Shown in pieces: positions 48,445-58,453 of a stretch of 64,000 bases of DNA. Within the stretch, counting starts at the first letter, position 1. Every line of letters starts with the position of its first letter. The notes under the pieces are model-generated. The model was not told the origin of the DNA. It did no database searches and was given only the letters and a program-made list of their open reading frames with translations. The translations under genes and the position numbers were made by a program. Source of the DNA: Sphaerodactylus townsendi (Eukaryota); assembly GCF_021028975.2 (NCBI RefSeq), contig NC_059427.1:135284001-135348000 (forward strand). The letters run 5' to 3'.

Positions 48445-49269
48445 TGATGTTCTTCAGGAACTGCTGCACTGGTCCTGATCATGAACTAGTGCCTGAACAG
48501 AACTCAAACTAAATCTGGAGAAGCTGGAGGTACTACTATTAGAGAACTCTTATAATACACAGATGTAAGTGTAATATACTTGGGCTTGATAGGGTAATCA
48601 CTGCCCAATCAGAACAAGCTGATGTCATCGTGGATGCAGACTTACTCTTTAATAGGCAGGTAACTGGTCTCTATGGTAGCTTTTCACCAGTGATATGTGT
48701 TGTGAATACTGCAATCCTCTTTGGAGCATGGGAGGGATTGATTACTGTAATGGACTCTACATGGGGTACTCTTGAAGACAACTTGGAAGCTTCATTTATA
48801 AAATTCTGCAGTCAGAAATCTGTGAAATGTCAAGATAATAAGGCTTTGTCAGTTAATTGCCTGCCAGTTCCCTTCTGTGCCCCATTCAAGCTGGTTTAGC
48901 CTGGAGACATGGGTTCTGCTTTTCTATCACTGGGTTCCACTTCTGGTTTTGAAGAATGACACATCTACACCACTTCCCCTGACCCCACATAGCTTCACCC
49001 CTTTGATGCTATTGGCAATGCATGGGTACCAGATGATAGCTTTTCAGGGACTGGCATGAGTGCAGGTGGCCAAGGCAATAGTTCTTGATAGAACAATAAT
49101 GGTTCTTGAGAAACTGTTGGTCATATGTTCACAAGAAACAACATTTAAAACTGTGACCAACCCGATCTTCAAATTATTATTTCCAGAAAGAATTTCAATT
49201 CCAAAATCCTGAAAATCAGAAGACTTTCCTTTGATTCAACACTGAAATCCTGGTTGAAGCTACTTACTT

Positions 49270-49402
49270 TATTATTTATTTATTTATTTATTTATTTGTT
49301 TGTTTCACTTTTATACCGCCCTCCCCCAGGGGGCTCAGGGCGGTTCACATCATAATACAGCAAGTGAATAACAAAATAAAATACTAAAACTTCATAATAG
49401 TT
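49270..49402 (-). mobile_element. Short L2-like LINE 3' end with a (TAAA)n tail
   Basis: Minus strand reads TGTGAACCGCCCTGAGCCCCCTGGGGGAGGGCGGTATAAAAG...(TAAA)n, the same terminal stem-loop type as 7436-7470. Confidence 0.75.
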
Positions 49403-49461
49403 GTAAAGAAGGCTCTGCTGCACCTACATGATGGGCCAGGGCTGGCAGCTAAAAGCTCCAA
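49403..49461 (-). repeat. Exact inverted duplicate of MAP2K6 5'UTR segment 50077-50135
   Basis: 59/59 reverse-complement identity read directly from the sequence. Confidence 0.95.
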
Positions 49462-50067
49462 TATTAAATATTGATTAACAGCCCCCTGAAGGATTGCAAT
49501 TGATTTGCTAATTTTAATGTGTTGATTTGCTAATTTTAAAATGCACAAGTCACATTAATGCAGTTCCAATGGCGATCTCAGATAAGAATCTCCATGTTTA
49601 ATGGCAATTCATTATACTTCAATCTGATTACGAAAGACTAGGGGGTAAGGGTTTGCCTAAATCGTCAATATCCCTTACTTATGAGGATTGCTGGATGCAG
49701 AGGATTACATAGACAACAGTACAGAACGGTTATTCATACGTTATTATGAAACTGTAAACAGGTAGAAAATATGTACTGCAACGTGCTGATATACACACTA
49801 TGTAATGATTCTCAGAAGCTCTGGACTACAAAATAAATGATGAGCTGCCGTTTTCATTTCCTACTTACCTTTTTCATATGATCTAAGATTTATCTCTTCA
49901 CCCCAACACACATAACACCTGTATCTTATTATTATTATTTTGAAAATTCAGAGCATAGAGCCAAGGAACCTTCTTAATGAAATACTCCGTGGAAATCCGA
50001 ACGAACTACATTACCCAGAAATCATAGCTCTGGTCGTAGAAAGAACGTCTGCGCACTGAGACACTCT

Positions 50068-50352
50068 GTTCCAAGTTTGGAGCTTTTAGCTGCCAGCCCT
50101 GGCCCATCATGTAGGTGCAGCAGAGCCTTCTTTACCATTGCAATAACGGGGGGACCCACTTTGCAATCTGTTTTGCAAGGTGTGCAATTGCAGCTCTTTC
50201 CTTTGCAAGGAGCTCTGGTGTAGGAAGTAAGAAAAACTCCAGTTGCATGAAGATTGAGAGCTTGCAGTTTGCATCTTTGTTGCAAAACTAGCTACTGAAG
50301 AGAGAAGGCAAAGTCTTTTGTGCTCCCCTCCCCCATCAAAGCAGAGGGGAAA
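50068..50352 (+). promoter_or_regulatory. MAP2K6: MAP2K6 5'UTR (exon 1), containing two uORFs (50109-50114 and 50247-50291)
   Basis: Begins GTTCCAAGTTTGGAGCTTTTAGCTGCCAGCCCTGGCCCATCATGTAG, matching the recalled human MAP2K6 mRNA 5' end. TSS inferred from that similarity only. Confidence 0.85.
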
Positions 50353-50368
50353 ATGTCTCAGCAAAGAG
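50353..50368 (+). CDS. MAP2K6: MAP2K6 (MKK6) exon 1 coding part: ATG TCT CAG CAA AGA G|gtaagg (MSQQR-G); exon 2 not found in the window
   Basis: 16-nt coding stub with a strong donor, preceded by a leader very similar to the recalled human MAP2K6 5'UTR (...GTCTTTTGTGCTCCCCTCCCCCATCAAAG...GGGGAAAATGTCTCAG). Syntenic with ABCA5. Confidence 0.92.
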
Positions 50369-52407
50369 GTAAGGCTTCGACTTATGTTCCTTGCAAATAT
50401 GCAAAAAGTCGTTCATGCATTTTGGAATTGCATGCATGCAATTTTCGGGATGCAATTGCATTTTGAAGTTTGAGGCTTTGAATAGCTCTCAGTTGCATTT
50501 CCTGTTTAATATGTGCCTTTTTTTGCAGGCACACACACAGTCGCGCGCGCACACAAACGCACACACAGTTCCTGTAAGGCAGGGCTTGCAGTTCAGCTGT
50601 GCATTGACGTTGTTTGCATTCTTCTCCTGGGATTACTGAGCTCTTTTTGCCTTTTGCACAATCAGAACAGATAAAGGGTATTGGGAACCCTATGCATGAG
50701 TCGCTTTATACGTATGCACACAGCATACAAACGGTAAAATGCAGGCGAAACTGCAGACAGTTTATCGTGCAAATTTAAATCAAACTTTATGCAAAAAAGT
50801 ATCTGGTGCAAATGTACTGTGAAACTTGAGTGGAGTTACTAAGAATATATGCCTTTGTTTCCATGGGAAAGTATTGTTCTGGTGCCAGAGCTGAGCTCAT
50901 TTTCCACAGGCAGAACCCCCCCCCCCCCCGTCGCAGGCACTGAGTGTAGCTTTTATGGCGAGATTTACGAAAGTTATGCAAGGAAGTGGAGTTACATGCA
51001 CAAGCACAGATTTATTAGCTTTTTTGGTGTTTTGAATGGAATCAGATGAGATCTTTAAAAAAATACGGGAGAGGATTCTATTTAAGGGTGTCAAGACAAT
51101 AAAATCTTGCAAACGGGAAATGATAATATTTGGGGTCCCTTGCAAAACCTGAAGAGTAGCCTACAGCGTCCATTCAAACTTTAGAGAGGCATTGGTTAGA
51201 AACCAGTGCAACTATCCTGTGTCTTTCTGAATGCATCCTCTGAAGGGTACGTTCATGATCCCGATGCAATTTTGTGAATTTACAGTTTTCTCTATTAAGG
51301 CAACCCCTTGCTCCTTATGCAATATGTAGGCTGCAGAGGAGTGGTGGTAGGAAGAATTTGGGATTGTGTGCACGGTGCTGCAGGATGCATTTAGGGAAAC
51401 CACTTGTAGGAGTTTCAATGCAGAAATTAGGAGGAGAGGGATACAGTTACAGTTATGCAGAAGACCAGAGGCGATAAGCAGAACTGTCCAATACGCTGAA
51501 TGGCAGCGTATTACTGCAAACCTCGAAGAACGCACACTTGCATTTTGTGGCAGTTGAATTGCATAATTTATTCTCCATTTGCTGCAGTCATTTCTCCCAG
51601 CCAATTGGAAGGTGATTGGAAGCTCCCAGCGGAAAGAGGCCAGTCAGTTTTGCCAACCTCGAAAAAGGATGCCTACAAAATGTGGCACGCACTTGAGGCT
51701 TCTCATCCAACATGTTCAGCTTTAGTAAGAGGCCAAGAGGGGAATCCGTCATTTAGTAATTGGAGGAGGGAAGAAGAAACAAGAGTGAACCCCCACCCCA
51801 TGAAACATAAATGATTATGGCTCCTTTTTTTCCAGCAAAAAGCTTTCTGTTCTCCCCAGGATTTGCCTCAATCAAATAAAAAGAGCCCCCAGTATAGAGG
51901 TTACAGTTTCTTTTATATCAAATCCAAATTTGTTTACCTTCTTGCAGAGCTCCAGGTAGGAAAAAAAAAGGGGGGGGGGATTAGCTACCTCACAGTTTCC
52001 AAGAGTGGTTCCTTTCTTGTTTCCTGTCCATTCTGACCTATTTCACCCTCAGTGTTTTCAGTATTCGAGTTAGGTGTTAATTAAAGGCATTACATGAAAT
52101 TGCATTTTTGCAATATGTTTCAATAGATGCTTAAATATAGGATCTTGTTTTCATCCGGTGTTTTAGAACACAGACCAGGCCAGTGGCGGTTCTACAGGCA
52201 CCAAAAGATCTTTTTTTAAAAAAAAGAGAGGAAAAAAGGAAATGTTATGTCAGTGGTGCATACCAATGCTGAGATTCATGTTGTATTATTTTGTGGTGTT
52301 GACAAAATGTGCAGAACGCTTTCAATTAATTTAAGTAAAAGACAATCCCTGCCCCAAGGATCTTGCAGTTTAAATTTAGAAGGATGGGGATGAACAACAG
52401 AGACAGT

Positions 52408-52649
52408 GGTCGAATCCCCACTACCGTCTTAGCCAGGTTTCAGAACACAAACTAGCCAGGTTTGAGGGACGACCTCCCCAGTCGAATCCCCACTACCGTC
52501 TTAGCCAGGTTTCAGAACACAAACGACCCTTAGTTTGTGTTCTGAAACCTGGCTAAGACAGTAGTGGGGATTCGACCGGGGAGGTTGTCCCTCAAACCTG
52601 GTTAGTTTGTGTTCTGAAACCTGGCTAAGACGGTAGTGGGGATTCGACC
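52408..52649. mobile_element. Young fold-back Harbinger-like MITE in MAP2K6 intron 1
   Basis: Near-perfect 242-bp palindrome; each arm has two copies of GTCGAATCCCCACTACCGTCTTAGCCAGGTTTCAGAACACAAAC. 3-bp TSD AGT. Confidence 0.88.
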
Positions 52650-55600
52650 AGTGTTAGAAATGAGAGGTGGGAATGCCAGCAGTGGTTTAGCTTTTATTTC
52701 TGTTGAGAACAGGAATGAAGAAGTTTTGTGGCACTCTGAGCTCTTGGGACATCCATTCATTTTACGTCATGAAGAGAGGCATCATCTTGAGAACTGTCCC
52801 TGGGACTATTCTCTTCTGTGTGTTCTTCCTTTCCCACAAATAGGTTAATAAAAATAGAATTCAAACCCCCCCCCCCCCCATCATTTTCCAGGTATTCATT
52901 CTGTATGTGCTTTGCTGTTATTACATAAACTGATGTGGGTGTGACATTCCGCAAAGTATGCCTGTAAATGGCACTGTGGTGATGCTTTCTACTATAGTTC
53001 AGATGGAACATTGTAGCTCATATCACTAGCCCATATATTTTTTTCATAGTCAGAAATCATCAGTCCCTGCACAGTTTCACTTTGTGAACCAGACACTCCT
53101 GGCTGATTTTCATCACTTCCCTTCTGTGGAGAAGAGCTTTGTGACTGAAATTCTTGTATTTTTAAGCTTTTCTGAGGATGTCTTCAGCAATAAAGGCCTG
53201 AAAAACTCTTAATGTGTGATTCACCCATTCCCTCTGATGGGCCTTTACCCAGTGGAGATAGTTCACACAGCTGAAAGATTTGAGAAAGCAAGTGAAAAGC
53301 AACTAACAATGCAAACCTAAAAACACTTGGGAATCCCATTAAAATAGACTTGAGTTGGATTCTGAGTAGATCTGCTTAGGTTTACTCAGGTGTACTCCAA
53401 TTCTAACTGAGGTCTGTTCAGTTGGGTTTCTTTCCAAGAAAGTGTGTTTTACCATCCTTATACACAATTGGCTAAGGGATAGAATGTTCAATGACTAACT
53501 CCCATAACTCCCAGCCAATGGCTGCACATGCCCATTGGTGGGTGACAATCCGTCCCATCCTCGCCCACCCTCCCCCAACCCAGGAGCCTCCCCCTGCTCC
53601 AAACAACACATTGGCATGCCAGGCCAGCGGCTGATTGCCACTCTCTGCCTTGCTGAGCCCACTACCCCAAAAAGCAACCCAGGCTGCTGCAGCAGTGCAT
53701 TGCCCCACCACCAGCCCTGCCCAAACAAACAATAGAACCTCCCTGACAAGGACTACAAGCGCTGACCTAGGATAGGTCCACCTGGGACTGGGGCAGAGGC
53801 TGGGGCTGTTCTAGGGGAAAGACAAAGGAGGATGGGTTCCCCCTTCCCCCTCTTCTTGAGCCCATTTTATTTTAATTTAAAATGGGCTTTAGTGCTAGTT
53901 GCACTATAAACTGCATACGAACATATGTAAACTGGTTCTAACAGTATGTTAGGAAAAAACTTTCAGGGATGGGTTGTGCATGTGAACTGTTTAGGCTCTT
54001 CGAACTGTACTTCAGTACAGGCCTTTGTAAAGAATAGTGCAGGGATAAATATACCCCTCTGCATTTCCTATTACTTCTTCCTCTTAGAAAGGTGTTCTAA
54101 TTGAGTACATCATGGTGGGAGTCTGAATGGAAATTGTCAGTTTGCACAGCTTGTCTATCTCCATTCAGTCTCTGACCTTTGAATACCCAGGAGGGATTTT
54201 ATCGAGACCTTACACATATGTGTAGTGGTCTTTAGCCTAGGATGCTGAGCACACATGTTTGGAAGGAAGTTCCCATTAGCACCAGAGGGTTTTATTGCAG
54301 GAAAACCTGTAAATCATTTCTCACACATTTGGAAAGTCACTACATCACTTGAGTGGTCTACATTATGTCTAACACATCGGAGCAGCAATTATTATTAGGA
54401 AGTGCAGTTGGGCACAGTAGTATGTGGTCTTGTGAACTAGCTAGCTTGCAGTGTTTTAATCATGTTGACATTGAAACATGCTCAACTCTCATAGCAGTTC
54501 TTAACAGACTTGTGGAAAATGGAATGTTTCCAAATTAATTAAATAGATAGTTTGGTGGTTACCTGGAGTTACCAAGTCAGATTATGTTGCATGTATGCTT
54601 CTAAAATACTGGGAGTGCTTTGCACTTGACCAGTATGAGTGAGTCACTTTCGCAGCTTACTCAGTGTGAAGCGGTCGTCAATGATTATGTTTGACTTGGT
54701 TTTGTGTGTAATGTTAATCACACTGTGTACTGGTATGTAATTTATTATTTACAGAACTGGTCAAAACATCTTCCTAGTGTTGTCCCACTAATGCAGGGTC
54801 TGCTGTACTGGTCAAAGCATCGTAAACACTAAATTAATATTACTTACTATTTAACCAAGGGATAATTAACTTTAGGTGCTAGTTGGTTGTCAACTTCCAG
54901 ATAATGGCTGGAGATCTCCTACTATTACAATGGATCCCCATGAGACAAAAGTAAGGTCAAAGATTGACTCTGTGACATTACACAAGATTCGAGGCCTCAG
55001 AAGATGACTGGAGTGACTGGATAGGTTGATATGGGAGAGGGCAATTTTAGGATTTATACTTAATTCCTGATTATGTGGGTGAGGAATGTCATTGGTTCCT
55101 AACTTTATTGGTATGGTGAATTTTGGACTGTAGATTTTTGTCAGCCATTTTTTTCATGCATTTTAACTAGGATTACCATTTCTCCACAGGGGCGAGGGAT
55201 TGCCTGCTCTGAGCTCCCCCCAACCCGGCTATGTTTAGCTAGCCAGTGGCGATTTCTACTAGGAATAAATGGAGGTCAGTGTTGATGTGTTGATGTCATT
55301 TCTAGAAGTGACATCATCAATGACAATGGGGACACTCTGGTATTTGGGCAAAACTTTATTGTAAAAATAGTTTCTACCACAGAGTTTCCCCCCAAATACA
55401 AGAGCATCCCTGTGGTCAATGGCAACATGATAATGTTACCTCAAGAAGTGATGTCAGCTTGCTGACACTGACCTCCATTTGCAGCTAGTAAGTTCCTCCC
55501 ACCCCAACTTGTTCTGGTTGCCAGGAAATACTCTGATTTTAACTGCAAGTTTGCCTGTTTTATAATTGTTATTTAAACTTAAATTATCCAAGCAAAATTT

Positions 55601-57678
55601 TACTTAACGGACCTATTCATGTTGAATTTGTTGAAATGTTTATTGTGCTTGCATAAGTTACTCAGCTTTTTAATGAGAATATAAGGACACAACTGTCCAA
55701 TTGCAGTTACCTCCATGAGCTGTAAAAATTATAGACGCAACAAGTGGATCTTGTTGAGCTTTGAAGATTACCAGTTTTATTTTTCTTTGTTTATTTAAAA
55801 TTTAATTTAAAAAATAATGCCAAGAATTAATGCATCTCTTAATCCCGGTCAGAATGAACAGTCCTGAGCAGTGTCTATATTGAACAGAGCTTACTCTCAA
55901 GTAAGAGGGCATAGGATTACTTTGTAAGAAAGCTCCATTGAATTAAATGGGATTTATTTCAGAGAAAACACATAGAAGCAAGAGGAAGGATTTGGCTTCA
56001 TTTCGGCATACAGAATCAGTTTTCCATCCTCTTTACTTCTTTTTTAAAGTAGAGATCGAGAAAGCAAAACATGGAAAAGGGTTTGGAGTTTGCTTGGGTT
56101 GCCCCCTATTTAGCGAAAGCTTCAGATTTCAGACCTAAAATTATCTTGCAATATTGCTTTAGAACCTCCCACCCTTATTGCATTTTATTCCAGTGGAACA
56201 TTTATCCTTTTGGAAATTATATTTGTTCTTAAACATTAAGCATCTTCTGTTTTCTTCTGATCATCAGCTCAGACCAGTACATCCTATTCAGTCCCCTCAT
56301 TCTGTTCTTTTCCCTATTTTTTTTTCATCAGTTCTGGTTCAATATGGCTTTGGTTTATCCCATGATTTCTGCATGTATTTTTGAGCCTTTAGTGTTCTCT
56401 TTTGTTTTTACCTCCCTTCCTCCTCAGGGTGTTCCTGGCCCTTGAGGCCACTTTCACCCTGATTTTTTTTGGAAACTGATTTTGAGTCGGCTTTTTTCTG
56501 TGTGTAATGTTTCTATCAGATGATTTTGTCCCACCCATCACCAGCCCACTTTTCAGTGATTTGACTATTATAATTGTTTAATCTCTCCCCCCTTTCCCCA
56601 CCCACTGCATGTAGAAGAAAATAAACGGATTCTAAAACTGTAAAAATGCACAGGGGGCAGACATGTACAAGAACTGTGGCCAAACCAGTTCCAATACTTG
56701 TGGATCAACTCCCAGGAAAATCAGAAGTAAGTTCAGCATGCAAAAAAGGTCCCAGTCTCTGCTAATGCTGGAATGAGGGAAGGAATGAAACTGTCAATTT
56801 AAGCCTGTGAGATACAGGTTTGGGGAGCACATCCGAGAGATCCATCTTGGATTGAAAAATAATATAGATATATCAGAGAAAGGTATTGTGTCAGCCCAGA
56901 AAAATAAAATTTGTTCAAAATCACTGTAATCGTTAGCTAATATACTTATAGAGTGACCATTAATAGAATTCATTTCATACTAGCCTTATTCACAGTAGTA
57001 CTAGCAGAAAGGTTCCTTATTTACAAAGCCGTAGCTCTGTTATTAAAAATATATTAAACCAAAGAGCCTTCCTTTCACAAGGGAACGAATTCTGCATCCA
57101 AGCAAACCCCCGGGTTGCTCACTGAATTTTGTCAACAGAGATAACGAACAGGATTTCCCCCAGTCCCAATGTAAAATGCAAAATCACTAACAGAATGTGG
57201 AAAAAGACCTTCTTTGACTTAAAAGGCCAGCATATCAAGGACATGGGTTTTCCCTTTTTCCCCTCAAAGGACCCTTTTCCTGGGGCAATAAAAATAGCTC
57301 TCTTTGAAACCCAAGTTATTGTATCTGAGAACCGTGTACTAGAAATGCTGTGTTTTAGCAAGGAAATATGATTATTCTTAAATGAATAAATACTGCCCAG
57401 TATAATTCTGTCCTGGTTAGGTAGGTATTGTGTTAAATACCAGAGAGTTGGAAAATATATATGTTACCTGTCAGCTACAAGACAGCTAACATTGTGACCT
57501 TAGGGTGACAAACATTTGGCAAGGAAAGGAATCCCACTTCCGGGAACAATGCCTCCCTCACATCAAAGCCAAAAGATCTTATCTATCCTAAGATGATGTG
57601 ATTGTACGATGCAAACTGACTTTTTGTGATCTATTATTTTGAATTTCTTGTTTATTGTGTGCTTCTAAAGAACACATA

Positions 57679-58453
57679 CCGTATATATTCGCGGATAAGT
57701 TGAGTTTTTCAGCCCTTTTTTAAGGCTGAAAAATGCCCCCCTCGACTTATATGCGAGTCAGTGATTCCCCCTGCAATGCCCCCCCCCCCATTTACTTTAA
57801 CAAACGGAGCAGGCTTCAGAAGAGGCCTGCTGCCTGTGTTCTTTTCCCAGCTGAAATGGCCTGCTGGGAACTACATTTCCCAGGAGACCCTGGGAAATGT
57901 AGTTCCCATCAAGTCATTTGACGCCTGGAAGGGAACACAGGTAGCAGGCCTCTTTTCAAGTCTCCTCCGTTTGTTAAAGTAACTGCGGGGAGGGGAGAAT
58001 GGGGGGGCAGGGGGCGCCGAGCAGGGAACACCCTCTGCTCCAGGGAAAAGGTGGCTGCCTTCTCCCTGGGGCAGAGGGGGAAGGGCAGCGGCGCCCTGCT
58101 CTCTGGGGAAGAGGGGGAATGGCGGGGGCACCCTGCTTTGTGCAGGGAACCCCCTCTGCGGCTGCCTTCTCCCTGGGCAAAGGGGGAATGGCGGTGGTGC
58201 CCTTCTCTGTGCCACCGGCTCTCGCGCTGCGGGAGCCGGTGGTGCCAAGCAGGGAACCCCCTCTACCCCAGGGAAAAGGTGGCTGCCTTCTCCCTGGGGC
58301 AGAGGAGGAATGGCAGCAGCGCCCTGCTCTGTGCCACTGGCTTCATTTCCCACCCTCGACTTATACACGAGTCAATAAGTTTTCCCAGTTTTTTGTGTTA
58401 AAACTAGGTGCCTCAACTTCTACTCGGGTCGACTTATACACGAGTATATACGG
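57679..58453. mobile_element. Tc1/mariner-superfamily non-autonomous element with GC-rich internal tandem repeats
   Basis: TA-flanked TIRs CCGTATATATTCGCGGATAAG / CTTATACACGAGTATATACGG, and internal repeats of GCAGGGAACCCCCTCT...GCTGCCTTCTCCCTGGG. Confidence 0.85.

Noticed and set aside
47827-48447. 206-aa ORF
   Set aside because: Artefact of reading through the N gap inside a transposon.
52408-52649. CRISPR-like repeat-spacer appearance
   Set aside because: Eukaryotic context, repeats are inverted with mirrored spacers and a 3-bp TSD, and there are no cas genes; it is a MITE.
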